From: Octopus sinensis
Taxonomy: Eukaryota
Reading direction: 5' to 3'
DNA: 64,000 bases
Assembly: GCF_006345805.1 (NCBI RefSeq)
Contig: NC_043007.1
Span: 43,896,001 to 43,960,000, forward strand
A program made the translations under genes and the position numbers. Below are positions 13,231 through 27,188 of this stretch, one piece after another. How positions within the stretch are numbered: the first letter of the stretch is position 1; the number at the start of each line of letters is the position of its first letter. The notes beneath the pieces are model-generated. The model saw only the letters and a list, made by a program, of their open reading frames with translations, ran no database searches and was not told where the DNA came from.

Positions 13231-13598
13231 TATTTATTATTGACATCTGATGATCCTGCTGTATAAAACCAGAATGTTATCCGTCATATGACGAGTAACT
13301 TTGGATGTATACTTTTATCGCCATGAGTAATATCAGAGAATACGGCATATATACATTAATTATAATAATAACTTTTTCAAATTTCTAGGAATTTTTACAA
13401 AATAATTAAATGAATGCTAATTTTCAAAAGAAAAATATTTATTACCTTCAAATGAATTTAAATAAAACAAAACAATGACGTAAATATTCATTCTTAACAT
13501 ATTCTCGTACATCAGAACGGGTATATGCTAATTACTCTTGCATTTTGTCTACTCAACTTCAATTTAACTCCTTTATTTATTACTTTGTCATTTACTCT

Positions 13599-13648
<50 letters not shown>

Positions 13649-14276
13649 CTCCTATATATCTATGAATCTCTCTTTCTCACTACGTGTGTGTTTGTAGCAT
13701 TCTCTCACTCATCCTGTACTTCTTTTGTCAACTCTCACCTTATGTCTATTACTTCCCGCCCTTTCTCCATTCGATGTAATGCGTGACTAGACAAATCAAC
13801 CAACCAACATTTTATAGAGAGATAAAATTCCATTGGTTTCTGTTTTTTAGTAAATTTTCCCTGATCAATATTTTACGAAAGGAGAACTCTAAACAAGGAA
13901 GTATTTATTTACATACAGGGTTCAAATCTCGCAGAGGTCAACTTTGCCTTTCATTTTCCCGAACGTCAATAAAATAAAGTATCGATCAAGTTCTGAGATA
14001 GAGCTAATCAGTTAAACCCATCTCTCGAATGTGAAGTATTGTCCCCGTGCCAGGAAATGTTTAAAAAATGAAGATGGTGTTTAGTACTGCGTTAAAAAAT
14101 TATTTACCAATAAGACAAACGTTAAAATAAGATATGTGGGAGAGAAACAATTACTTTTTAAAAATAATTTCCGGACAAATTTAAAACAGAAAAAATATAA
14201 TGGACCATCCCATAAATAATGTGGGGTTTTTTATACTTTTTTTATTTTTCTGAATTAAGATAAACAGACTTCTTTC

Positions 14277-15242
14277 TTAATCTAAAATATACTCTCCATT
14301 TTCTACAATCCTCTTCCATCTAACTGGTAGACTTGCAAGGCTCCTCTTCCAAAATTCACTTGTCCATGACGAAAAATACTCCTCCAGTACTGTTCTGACC
14401 TCGTCTACAGAATTCATATTTTTTTCCGTCCAAATGATTTTGAAGACTGCGGAATAGATGATAATCAGATGGGGCAATGCCGGTGAATATGGTGGGTGGG
14501 GCATTGTTTCGCATAAAAACTGCTCCAGCCTTTGGAATGTCATCCTCGCTGTATGTGGCCGAGCATTATCCTAATGGAAGATCACCTTTCGTCTTGAAAC
14601 CAAAGATGACTTAAGCCGCTCAAGCTACTCGCAGTAGATCTCCTTTGTTATCGTTTGGTTTGGATTTGAAATTCCAAAGTGGACTAAACCTTCCATATCC
14701 CACCCAACAGATAACAACACCTTACGTGGGTGAAGACCTACTTTGGCCTAGAGTTCCGGTGTTTCTCTTTTCCCTACCCACTGTCTTCGGCGCCTGACAT
14801 TTTTATAGAGAACCCATTTCTCGTCACCAGTCACTATTCGGTCAAAAAAAAGTTTCATTCGTGAGATGTGACAGCAAATAAGAGCACACATTCACTCTTT
14901 GCGCGCGATTAGACTCGGAAAGTTTGCGAGGAACCCATTGACTCAATTTGCTGACTTTTCCGGTGGCACGCAGGTGTTGATGAATGGTTGAATGACCAAT
15001 CTAAGCTTCTCTCTGCTAGTTTCCCAACAGTTACAATGGGATTTTGTTCCACCAGGGTTTTCAGGACGTCCTCATCAAGCTCATTGTGTTCAAGGCTGTA
15101 GTTTCTGGCTCGGAATTTCTGGATTCACCGTTCATACTAGCTTACACGTATTGTCCATTCCCCATACACTGCATTAATATTCCTCGCACTTTCTGTTGCG
15201 TTGTTGCCTTTATTAAACTCATAAAGCAAAATATGCCGAATA
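14277..15242 (-). pseudogene. Degraded mariner (DD34D) transposase, near full length
   Basis: N-terminal IRHILLYEFNKGNNATESARNINAV (~15240), IVTGDEKW (~14830), DNARPHT (~14570), HPPYSP and C-terminal LPVRWKRIVENGEY (ORF 14277..14543). Confidence 0.85.
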
Positions 15243-15859
15243 TAGTTGCCATGGCGATACCTGCTCAGAGGCCTACATAAAGTTGCAACACTAGTGTATG
15301 AAGTGACTCAGACGTTTCCAAGATGGTCGAAAAAATGTCGATAGTAACGAACGTTCTGAGAGTCATGCAACAAGCAAAACTGAGAAAAGCATTGCAGACG
15401 TGCGTGCAGCTGTGAGGGGAAATCGTCGAATCACTATCCATGAGTTATCAGAGGATGTGCAGATTTGTTACGGTTCAATTCAGTCCATTATCACAGGAGA
15501 TTTGGGTATGAGACGCGTGTCTGCCAAGTTTGTGCCAAAATTGCTTTCAGCTGATCAAAAAGATATTCAGTTTTCAGTTGCACAAGATTTCCTTGATTGT
15601 GTCGAGAACGATGAAAACTTTTTTAAAACTTTGCGTATGCCTCTGAGCAGGTATCGCCAAGCTTTTGGCAAAATTTGATGCAGATACTCTGCTCAACTTC
15701 CTCTGTCATGGTCAATGCTAGAACATTAAAACTTAGTGCACATACACAACAGAGTTCAAGGTCAGAGTTCAAGGTCAATCTGTACCAAGCGGCTTCATTC
15801 TGTGTGCTTTAACTTCGTTACTATAGCAACAGCCCGGATAATTATTGATCAGACCACGT
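15243..15859 (+). mobile_element. Second mariner family remnant (HTH region plus right TIR)
   Basis: ORF 15400..15678 has RRITIHELS..GSIQSII..LGMRRVSAKFVPKLL (mariner HTH/linker). 15812-15859 is the reverse complement of the TIR at 25634. Confidence 0.8.
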
Positions 15860-16597
15860 CCTTCGGATAGCAAGACCACAACTCTCTAGAACACCAAAAT
15901 TATTTACAGAAATGTTGAATATGCATAATTTATTTGTTTAGGCAACTATGCAGTTTTGGGTCCATCCCGTTTTGTGGCATCTTGGGCAGTTGTCATATAT
16001 GATAGTCTGGATAGACCCATGTTTGTCTACAGGTAAAAGGACATTATACCGTATTCTGTAAGGACGCCATACAATAAGGACATTGTATCGTGAGAGCCAT
16101 ATGAGTAGCTCTAATAAGGCCCTAGCCGTAAATATTCTGTTCGAGATGTAAGCGTCCAGGCCATAAACATACTGCAGTACTGAAGATATGATTCGAAACA
16201 TTGACCTCTCGGTTACTTAGGTAACTCTTTCCAGAACACAAGACTCATTCTGCTGGAGAATTAAAAGCCCTGGCCAAGAACTTACTGTGGCATTAAAGAT
16301 ATTATTCGAGTCGTTGATCTCTTTATTACCTTTAGCCTCTTCTTTGAATACATGAAGAGATACCCGCCTGGATTTGATTTGTGATCTGGTGTTGAGGCAA
16401 TTATTTCATATTGACTCATCATTTGAATTAAGTATTTTTGTGTATACTATTTCGTTAATAAATGTATCTCCTTCCTCCATGTTGATCAGAATGTGAGAGT
16501 GAAACAATCTGTTTCTCAATTCGATAGAATTATAAAATCAATATATTCCAAAATACTAAAATTCTAATTTTCTAAAATTAACATTTTCTAGGGTATT

Positions 16598-16800
16598 AAG
16601 GCAGAGAGCTGGTAGAATCCTGAGCACGCCGGACAAAATACTTTGCGGTATTTCGTTCGTCTTTACTTTCTCAGTTCAAATATTGCTGATGTCGTCTTTA
16701 CCTTTCGTCCTTTCGGTGTCGATAAAATAAGTATCAGTCAAGTACTGAGGTCGACTTACCCATACTCGGAACTGCAGGCCTTGTGCTAAAATTTGAAACC
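16598..16800 (+). mobile_element. SINE family A (diverged)
   Basis: GGCAGAGAGCTGGTAGAATCCTGAGCACGCCGG head and TTCGGTGTCGATAAAATAAGTA body. Confidence 0.75.
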
Positions 16801-19800
16801 TATGTTTTCCAGGGTATTACACGATAAATTTGTCGATTATATCTTGGGCGTTCTTGTCGGAAAATTTGGTCTGTCCTGACAGGAATTATCCAGAAAAGAA
16901 TTTATCTCTAATGTCATACCTGGAAGAATTGTATGTCATAGTAGGAAAATAAATATGCCTGTCCAAATTCCTCACCGAGGTCAAGATATCATGACAGCAC
17001 AATTCTTTTATGTTTCTAGGAGATCCATGAAATAAAGGTGCTAAAATAATAGTACTTTCTATTAGATCCTGCATAATCTACAAAAGAAACAGATGATCGA
17101 TAAGTCTTTGATTCTGTGAAACTCAAAAATGTCCTTGATAGTATCCTACATAATTGAAATTATTTACCTCAACTTGAAGAGAATCACCATCCCATTGCTA
17201 AAATAATTGTTCCACGATATGCAAGTTGCTTGCTGCCTTCTTTTACTACTGTTTGAACAACAGTATATAAATAGTGTATATCACAACATTAAAGCGTGTA
17301 CTCTTGTTAATTAGCTCAAGATTAATGAACAATCTTAGTTGATGTTCTCGTACTCCTTATGGGTAGAATAAAGTGCAAGTCTTTGAGTCAAAACTGGGGG
17401 TCGGTAATATTAAATTTGATCAATGGAGGTCTCAATATGGAAGGCAAATACGGACGTGACACTTAGAAGGATATTTATATCAATATTTTCTAAAAGTCAT
17501 TACTACGACATAATTTGTTAAGTTATATCGTCTCTGTCCATTGTTTCTGTCTCTCTTAAATACGATATTGATTACTGGCGTTGGAATATATTCTGCTGCT
17601 CTCTATTGAGTTTGTACCCACTTTCCTAACATTTTATACACGAAAACGTAAACGTTTTTCTTTGTGTTGATCTGATTTAAAGTAGTTAGAATTTGAGGAA
17701 TACAACTGCCATCATTCAGATTCTGGAATCTAATATGAACATCTAATATGAATAGAATCGTTTTAGAATCAATGATGTAAAGCTTGTTAAATTGTCGAGG
17801 TTCTTCTCCATTAAGACAAGATATTGCTCGTGCGACATTAACTTTTATCATAAAAAATAAACTATAACAGCCTACGATTTAAAACATCAGATATCTGAGT
17901 TACCACTGAGGAAAAATATCGTGTTGTAAAATCTAATGCTGTCTTGGAAGTGTTTGTAACTGGGATTCCTTGGTTTTTTCATTATATTACGGTGATATGG
18001 TGCTGTTTATCTTTGGTTATGCACGGCCATTTTACTCTTGTGAAAGCAGGGGAACTCTCTGGTGAGAATGTTTAGCATTTCAAAGTTAGTAATAAATATT
18101 CATAGATCCACATGAATGACGTAGTAAATTTTCTTTGGAAAATAAATGCTGTTGACTCTATTATTTGGAACTCTGATATTCTATTTTGAATAATGTTTAT
18201 ATTTCTTTCTCTCATGTTGATAGTCCTGCTTTCAGATAGTCGCTTATGTTGTAGTCCTGTTTTCAATATTAGCATTGCTTCCTCCTCTGTTGATACTATT
18301 TTCTTCCATTTTTTTCTATTTGAAATAACATTTACATTTCTTTGTACAGATACAAATTTGCTTCCATTCTGAAAGCAATAACAACTCTAGATCAATCTCT
18401 AGCAATTAACCTTCTTCTTTCGTAAATCCTCTTGCACTCTTACGCTTATTCTGCTTTGTTTTGTTTGTTTGTTTGTTTTTTGCTTTTTTTTTTGTTTGTT
18501 TGGAACGTTGTCATATTTTCTTCTTGTATTTTATCTTGTTCTCTTTCAGCTATTTTTATACTTTTTATTGGTAGCCTTATTTCTACTTCTTTATGTGTCT
18601 CTTGTTATTTTACAGTCTTTATCTCTGTTTCTTTATGAGTTTCTTGCCATTTTACAGTCTTTATTTCTGCCCACTTAACATCAAGCAGTGACTTCTGGTG
18701 ATAATCACCAATCTAGATTTCTGATTAGTAGCTTTTTCTCTGTAACTGAGAACTTGTTCGCCAGTTTCCCTTATATATATATATTTGTTGTATAAGTAAA
18801 AATCCGAACATTGTGTTGCTGATCTCTAGACGTGTAGTTGTAGATATTATCTAGCTTTCCTCTGTCGAGCAAATTTCCATCACTTTTTGTGGATTATGAG
18901 AAAGAGGCGCTGAGAGAGAGGGAGAGATAGAGGAGGGTGAGTTGAGAGTTAATTATTGTAAGTTTCCTGGTAGAAAAAAAAACACTAAAAACCATACTAG
19001 AATGTTTACATGAAAAAATAATGTTACAAAAGTAGAAATACTTCTACTTCAGAATTCATAAAGAATGCAGAAGCAAATAACCAGAAAAATAAATCTTCGA
19101 AATTGAACATTTAAGAAGAAAATGTGCGATCTGCATAATGAGATATTAAACATAAAGTGGATGATTTGTGTTACGACATATTAAACAGAAAAGTGTATAT
19201 AATGAGATATAAATTATGTATAAAAAAGAAAACAATTATTTCTACTCTAAATTCTAATTAGCAGGAAAATCGGGAACTTAGCTTGGAAGATTTACATTGC
19301 AGAAAGAAACAGCAACAATCTTTTCAAAACAAAATAATATTAATTATATAAAAACGAATGACATCTACTGAGGTAAACAACATTTAAAAAATATAATAAT
19401 TTTTACAAAAACAAAATTACTTCTGCTACCAAATTTTTGAAGTATAAGGGGTACCTTGTTCTTTATTAAAAAAAAAACAGGAAAACATTGTTAATAAATA
19501 AATAGACAGGATTGGCTCCAGCCTTACAATATGAGCCTTCTTCCAGCTCTTCAATGTGTGCCCTCATCTTCCGGTCTTACAAAGTGTACTCCCTTGTTCC
19601 AGTCCTACGGGGTACGCCTCTTCATTCAACCCTACAGTGAGAGTACTCTTCTCAGTTTTAACCCCTTCTACATCTTCCAACCATCACCCTTATTACACTA
19701 GCCATGTAATTCAATCGGAAAATTATAATAAACTTGCGGACAGGAAATCTGTTCGTTTTATGATCATGCATATCACTTGTAAATTACTGGGTTACATCAG

Positions 19801-20220
19801 ACGAATTTCGCAGGCTAGCCGTGTGCTCTGTTCTCCTCTATTCCGAGTGTCACCTCACCGGCTCTTTTCAATATTAAGTTCTAGTGTTTTCAATTGGATT
19901 GTAAAAAGTCATGTAAATTATCTCTGGCGTCCCCAGGTTTATCGCTATAGACAATCGTCTAATTTGCTTGGTAAGTAACGCCGGCCCTATATACAGAAAT
20001 TCGATGATGTGGACAATGAGGTGTTAATTCTAACAAAAGCGATTACTTCTAGTGACCTAGAAACATTAACTTCTACTTACGAATTTCTAATCAAATCTTT
20101 AAAAGAAAAATAGAAACGAAAATAGAACGAAAGTGCCATTGAAATGGTTTAGTTCTGATTTGAATATAAACTGCCCGTCGAAAACGCTCAGAGTGTTGAT
20201 AGTCTTCCTCTTTGTACTGT

Positions 20221-20480
20221 TTATATATATATATATATATAGATAGATAGATAGATAGATAGGTAGATATATAGATAGATATATAGATAGATAGATATAT
20301 AGATAGATAGATATATAGATAGATAGATATATAGATAGATATATAGATAGATAGATATATAGATAGATAGATAGATATATAGATAGATATATAGATAGAT
20401 AGATATATAGATAGATATATAGATAGATATAGATAGATAGATATATAGATAGATATATAGATAGATATATAGATAGATAT

Positions 20481-20557
<77 letters not shown>
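20221..20557. repeat. Compound (TAGA)n/(TA) microsatellite at the LINE 3' flank
   Basis: Read directly from the sequence. Confidence 0.95.
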
Positions 20558-20558
<1 letters not shown>

Positions 20559-20898
20559 CTTTCTTTCTTTTATTAGCCACACAGGGCTGAATACAGAGGG
20601 GACAAATACAAATGCAGAGCTTTTCTTTTCGAGGGTGGAAAAAAAATAAAAAATGTAAGATTGCGATCAAAAGGGATCGAGAGGAGGAAAAAAAAAAAAA
20701 AAAAAAAAAAAGGAAAAAAGGAAAAAAAGGAAAAAAAGGAAAATCGTGTATCACAGAAATAATGGTGTAAACATTGATATAACAAGATTGGGTTCATCCG
20801 TGGGAAGAAAAGCCTACAGAAAAGACCACGGGAACCCCAGTCAGGGAGGAAATAAACACATGAGGTCAAAAATGCTCTCTTTCTTTCTTTTTTACGAT

Positions 20899-23800
20899 CT
20901 ACAGGATCATGCTCAAAATGGTTTCGTTACTAGCACGCACCATCTTTGCAACATTCACCCATCTTTTTTTGAATCTTTCGCGAGACAAAAATTTCCTCTC
21001 CATTCTCACCTTCCTTTTCAAGTGGTACTTGAAAAAGTTGATGAGCGATTGGCCAGAGAGGTAAGTGTTTGTCTCTAATCCTTTCGCTCGAGTCCACCAC
21101 ACACATTCTTTCACCATGGCCACCAGTACGATGAAAACTGCCTTGCCTTCCCGGTTGAGGGAAGGGGGCGGAGCAATTCTCACGATAGACTCGGCCGATA
21201 GGCGGATTCGTCCCACACGTGACAGCAGCCGTTCGGCATAAGCCCACAGGTCGGAAATGGTTGGACATTGCACGAGTGCGTGCAGAACGGTTTCGTCGCT
21301 CTGACCGCATCTCGGGCAAGTCGGTCCAGTGTGTCTGGAACCGTGTCTGTAGAGCTTATCCCGAACAGGTAATGCTTCTCGATAGCACTGCCAGGCCAGG
21401 GATCTTTGGTGATTGTTCATAGGTCCCGGCCCGAAAGTTGTCCTGAACAGGCGGGTCAGGTGTTCCTCGTCGACGCCCAGACTCTGCCCGAGTTCGTCGT
21501 CGCACCTCCCCTCCACTAATCCTCTATAGAATGCCTTTGTTGTGATGGAGTCGCACAAGTTCGATCCCGGACGGCAGAGTTGCTTGAGAGCAACGCGACA
21601 CTCGCGGTGCCATTTGCCTAGCCTCGGTCTCTGCTTGATCCATGACTGTAGTTCGTCCAAGGAGACGAGCTGCGGGAAAGCGCGCCGCACAAAAGGCGAC
21701 CACCCCTGTTCACCGTTGTCTATGAAGCGCCGGAGATGTCGCAGTCTCAGCGCATGTCTGCGCATCATCAACCACGGCATGCCCAGCCCTCCATTTAGCG
21801 GGTGTTGGCAGCAAATGGATCGCCTAACCATCGGAACGTTTCCCTTCCACAAGAAGCGGAAGAGTATGCGTTCCAGTTTGGTGATGGTAGGGTCGGGACA
21901 AGGCACGACGGTCAGACGATACTCGATGACGGATGCGATGTACGCGTTCGCCACCTCCGCCCGACCATTTAGGGATAGCTTTCTCTCAGTCCATTTCTGG
22001 GTGAGAGTAGCCACCCTAGTCGTTATCTCGCCCCAGTTCTTCTCCATTTGGAGGTCCGGACCGAACCAGACCCCGAGCAATTTAACCGGTCCGTCCGTCC
22101 AGCGTCCCACGATGGAGACGCTGTTGGACGGCATGGGCTTGCTTCTCCAGGTGCCGAGCCGCAAGCCCACTGACTTTTCCCGGTTAATTTTTGCTCCCGT
22201 TACCGCTTCGTATTCTTTCAGTGTCTCGCCGACCAGCTCGATGTGCTCGTAGCTCGACACTATGACGGTGACGTCATCCGCGTATGCAGACACGCTCCTC
22301 CCGCATCCCAGCTCTCGTGGGATGCCCCTCAGCGTCGCCAGTTTCCGCAGTAGTGGCTCAAGAGTCAGTACATACAGCAGCGATGAGAGGGGGCATCCCT
22401 GACGAACCGAACGCATGATGTTAAAAGGTCTGGATAGATGACCATTTACGCGAACTACTGAGCGGATGCCGCTGTATAAGGCAGCGATCCAACCGCGGAA
22501 AACTGGACCGAAACCAGCCGCTTTGAGGACAGCCTCCAAGTAGTGATGGTCTACCCTATCGAAGGCTTTTGATTGATCCAATTGATCAGCGCCCCACCCA
22601 TGCCAGGATTTTTAACTACCCTGTCTATGATGTAGCGCATCAGATGGAGGTTGTCATGAATACTTCTACCCGGCACGGCGCATGTTTGCGCCTTGTCGAT
22701 TAGTTTCTTGATGACAAGCGCCAACCTCTCGGCTAACACCTTGGCCAAAATTTTCAAATCTGCGTTGAGCAGAGTGATGGGCCTGAAATTATCTATGACG
22801 TCCCCCTTGTTTGGGTCTTTCTTGATCAGTGCCACTGCTCCTCGCTTTACAAAAGCAGGAATACTCCCGTTCTGCTGCCAGTTGCAGTAGACAGCTGCCA
22901 AGACGCCTCCAAACAAGTCTGGCATATGAAAATAAAATTCGTAGGGCAGACCATCCAAGCCTGGTGACTTGTCTCTCGCGCAGCCTACCATCGCATCCTG
23001 TACGTCCGCAGCTGTGATAGGCTTTTCACAAGACTCCACCTCCCTTGCTGAGAGTCGTGGCAAGGCATGCAGGTAGGCACTAAAGTCCACTCTGCTTTCT
23101 GACTCACCACTTGTCCCAAACAGTTGGGTGAAGTGTTGTTGAAAAACCCCACACATCCTTTTAGGCTCGAGCAATTCGCGCCCCTGTTCATCTATAAGAG
23201 ACTTGATGGTGGATCTGTTGCCTCGTTGCGTCTCCACCACTCGGGCCTCTTGGGCGGCTCCAACTCCTTCGTTCCTCAGAGCACGCATCCTAGCTCTGAC
23301 AACGCATCCCTCGTGTTTAGCGTTGAGGTGTTGGTCGAGGGCCAATCTCGCCGCCAGTACGTTGGACGCGATGCCAGTTCTAAGTGCCTCTTCTAAAACC
23401 TTAACTAATTCTCCCTCTATTCTATTTCGGTCTAATGCTAGGGCTCTACTGTATCTGACTGATTCTGCTTTAATCGTTTTTTTAGGGCATACCACCATCT
23501 GTTGTTGATGATGGTACCCGTCAAAGCTCTCTTAACTAATGTGCTGATCCGGTCCCTGTAAACCTGTCGTGCTGTAAAAGACGCGTTCAGTTTCCAGTAA
23601 CCAGGACCCTGCCTATGTGTCTTATCTAAGTCAAGTGTACAAGTCACAAACTTGTGATCTGTGTAACTGACTATATGAAATTGTGGACAACCTACACTAT
23701 TTTTATCTATTGTCCTACAGAATACTCTATCTAAGTATGATCTGGACGACCCGATGCGGTTACTCCATGTCCACATTGGCACATTCGGGTGGTCCAGTCG

Positions 23801-24333
23801 GTACCTGTCAGACAGTTGGAAACGTCTGAGCAGGTCTTTGAGGCATTTGCATCCCCTTCTATTGCTATCTCTGCCCACGTAGTCTAGATGCGTGTCCAGG
23901 GTGGCATTCCAATCCCCCACTAAAAGTAAAGGACGAGACGTTCCCATGAAAGACTCTAGACGTCGAAAGAAATCTGGTCGGCCTGTTAAGGACGGAGCAT
24001 AAACTGCTATCAGTCGAAAAGCACACTCATTGCTGCCATCGACATCCAAAACGACCAGCCTACCCTCGGGTCTAGGAAATTTGCTCTTACTTTGAGATCC
24101 AGACTCTTCCGGATAAGCACCGCGGTGCCACCTCCGCCCATTCTCGGTAGACACGGAGAAAAATAAATGTTGAAATGTGTACCGAAAATGTGCTGGAGTG
24201 CCCGCAAGCTGTGGAGTCTGGTCTCACTGATGGCTATGATATTCAGATTTAGTGACTTGATGTCATTTAACAGGTAGCCTTGTTTCCAAGGCGACCCCAA
24301 GCCACGTACATTTATACTACCTATTCTGAGCAT
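20899..24333 (-). CDS. LINE ORF2 (APE endonuclease + reverse transcriptase + CCHC), about 1145 aa if three 1-nt frameshifts are repaired
   Basis: INVRGL/ISET, YAP, GDWN, YLDRVF and TDHK (APE). KSPGLDGLP, FRPITLLN, DQSKAFDRV, VRQGCPLS and YADD (RT). CPRC..ETVLHALVQC (zinc finger). Four overlapping ORFs joined at ~24068, ~23480 and ~22580. Confidence 0.9.
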
Positions 24334-24375
24334 GTTCCGATAAAAGTGCAAAAAAGGAAAAGGAGAGAGAAAAGG

Positions 24376-25351
24376 TTACTTGTTTTTCGAAAGTTCTTTG
24401 TCTTTCACCTCACGGTCTTCTTCTATGAGGCTTTTATACAGTTTTTTCGATGAGTACTTTTGAAATCTCCCTACTGCATCAGCAGGTAAAGAGATTTCAG
24501 GGTGCTGTATGTGTTCTGTGTCACGTGTATTATTTTAATGTGTTGTGGTGGTTTGTGTGTGGGCGGTTACTTGTTTTTATGTCGTTTTCAGTAATGTTAG
24601 TGTTTGACCTAATGTGTTCCATTAGGTCGTGGTTGTTTGTGTTTATGGCTGTCAACATTTTTGGGGGGTTTGATGATGGTGTGTGTTGTGTGATGTGTGT
24701 GTTTTCTGTGGATGTTTTTGTTTCGGGAGTGGTGTATCTTCCCGCTTTGTTTGTTATTTTTTCTTTCTTTTTTTCCCCCTTTTTCTTCTCCCCCTGTGGC
24801 TATTTGCCAATCTTCCGTGTCTTCTTCGTCTAATGACAGATCAGACGAATCGGAGTCTGGAAGAGGGAAAGTATTGGGGGTCTATTGTCGACTGTGTTGG
24901 TGTTGGTTGGTGAGCGTTTGGTTGTGGTGTATGCGGTTTTGGATGTGGGGTTTGGGTATTTTGTGTTTGAGTGATTGTGGGTATTGTTGTGTTGTTTAGG
25001 GTCTCAATTTTGTGGGGATTTGGAGTTGTAATTGTTTCTTCATTTTTGCTGGGTGTCTTTTTGGCAGATGTCCTTGGTTTGGGAGTTGGTATATTCTTGG
25101 TTGTTGTTGGTGATGCTGCTTCTGTTCTTGGTGCTGCAGTTGGTGTGGTTGTTTGTTTGGTGAGGTTTGTCCCTGCAAAAAGTGGTGTGGGTAGTAAACC
25201 TTGTTTATTTGTTTTTGTTTCCGGCTGCTGTTGTTGTTGCTGTTGTTTTCTTGCGGCAGATTTGCAGTCTTTTTTGAGGTGTTGCTCACTGCCGCATATG
25301 TAGCAACGTGGTCTTCTGCCATCGACGACCACATATAACTTGTGGTCGTCT

Positions 25352-25352
<1 letters not shown>
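24376..25352 (-). pseudogene. LINE ORF1 3' portion (zinc knuckle plus Thr/Pro/Lys-rich tail), frameshifted
   Basis: DHKLYVVVDGRRPRCYICGSEQHLKKDCK lies in ORF 24841..25647, whose N-terminus is microsatellite. Coding-like sequence continues in other frames to a TAA at 24376-24378. Confidence 0.7.
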
Positions 25353-25387
<35 letters not shown>

Positions 25388-25394
25388 TAGATAC

Positions 25395-25473
<79 letters not shown>

Positions 25474-25523
25474 CATACATACATACATACATACATACAA
25501 CATACATACATACATACATACAT

Positions 25524-25611
<88 letters not shown>

Positions 25612-25620
25612 TATATATAA
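25353..25620. repeat. Compound (CA)/(TAGA)/(TACA) microsatellite at the LINE 5' flank
   Basis: Read directly from the sequence. Confidence 0.95.
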
Positions 25621-25631
25621 TATTATGTATA

Positions 25632-27188
25632 TACGTGGTCTGATCAATAAATATATGGACTGTTGCCATAGTAACGAAGTTTGGCACAGATTAACCTTGA
25701 ACTCTGTTGCGCATGTGTACTAAGTTTTAATGTTCTAGCTTACTTCCGCTGTTTACAGCAGTGCTTGAAATGAACGCGTGTAGCGTGTGATCCTCGCATT
25801 GACCATGATAGAGAAAGTTGAGCAGAGAATCTGCATCAAATTTTGCCAAAAGCTTGGCAATACCTGCCCAGAGACCTATGCAAAGTTTTCAAAAAAGTGT
25901 TCATCGTTCTCGACACAATCTAGAAAATCTTGTGCAACTGAAACCCGAGTGTTTTTTTTTTTTTTTGGTTAGCTGAAAGCAGTTTTGGCACAAACGTGGC
26001 AGACACGTATCTCATACCCAAATCTTCCGTGATAATGGTCTAAACTAAACCGTAACAAATCTGCACGTCCTTTGATAACTCATGGATAGTGATTCGACGA
26101 TATCATCTCACAATTGCACGCACATTTGCAATGTTTTTCTCAGTTTTGCTGGTTGCGTGTCTCCCAGAATCTTCGTCACTGTCGACATTAAACGGCCATC
26201 TTGAAGACATCTGAACCACTCGTAAACTTGTGTGTGGCTCGCGAATTTTTTTTTTTTTTTGCTCGAGAGTTTCGGCCCCCAGTTATGAACTCATTTTCAT
26301 GCAGCCAATCAGAGCTCGACTACCAAACTAGTTTTCACCTAGTCACGATAATACTCTGGATGGGCTCAGTGGAAAATGTGCGATATTGCAAAATCTAACG
26401 GTTCTAAACGGGTTAATAGGGGTGACCAATGTGAAATTTAGTGTATAAAGTGAATGGAGTGCTGCTCACAGATGATGCCAAAAGTGTTGCCAATTCGCGT
26501 AATTTACTAGAAAATGTAAATGAGTTTAGTTACTTAATTTTTTGACTTATTTTGTACATTCTTAATTTAATATGTTGGTGTTCATCTGGAAATATCGTAA
26601 CCAATATGCGTTGTGTCATATTGTACCCTCCTTGCATATATCAATGGGTAAATTCAGTATCACTAATCTCTGTCTGAGCATAGGTACCTAATATTAGCTC
26701 CATGTAGAGATAGCGCTCAATTGATCTATGAGGATAGTGGGAAGGTTATGTTGTGCTTATGTGAGACCTCTTATGCAGTACTCACAGAGTGGCATACATC
26801 ATTCTATGCCTGACTGGATGTACTGTAGTAGTACACAATATGTGGATTTTCAAGGTGAGCTGTGGCTGTATAAAAATGAGTTTATTACTGGGGTCCGGAA
26901 CTCTCGTGGAAAAAAAATTTCGCGTGAGGCTCATACACTCGTCTCCATACACTTTTTGCAACTTTGCGTAGGCCTCTGAGCAGGTATCGCCATAACAACT
27001 TTCTATGTCATGGTCAATGCGACGATCACACGCTACACACGTTCCTTCTCAGCACTGCTGTAAACAGTAGAAGTGAGCTAGGGCGTTAAATCTTAGTGTG
27101 CATGCACAGCAGAGTGCACAGTCAATTTGTGCCAAGCGTACTTTAGCTTTGTTACTATGGCAACAGTCCGGATACTTATTTATAAAAC

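Larger units (their letters stand above)
20558..25352 (-). mobile_element. Tx1/L1-group non-LTR retrotransposon, 5'-truncated within ORF1
   Basis: ORF1 remnant with zinc knuckle (GRRPRCYICGSEQHLKKDC), then ORF2 with APE endonuclease, RT and C-terminal zinc finger, then a ~340-nt 3' UTR. Flanked by microsatellites. Confidence 0.93.

Noticed and set aside
16850-19450. A/T-skewed region with short ORFs that might be a decayed retroelement
   Set aside because: No recognizable RT, integrase or gag motif in manual translation.
21542-23508. Long plus-strand ORFs antisense to LINE ORF2, and similar antisense ORFs over the 41-47.8 kb array
   Set aside because: These are shadows of GC-richer coding sequence on the opposite strand, with no independent motifs.
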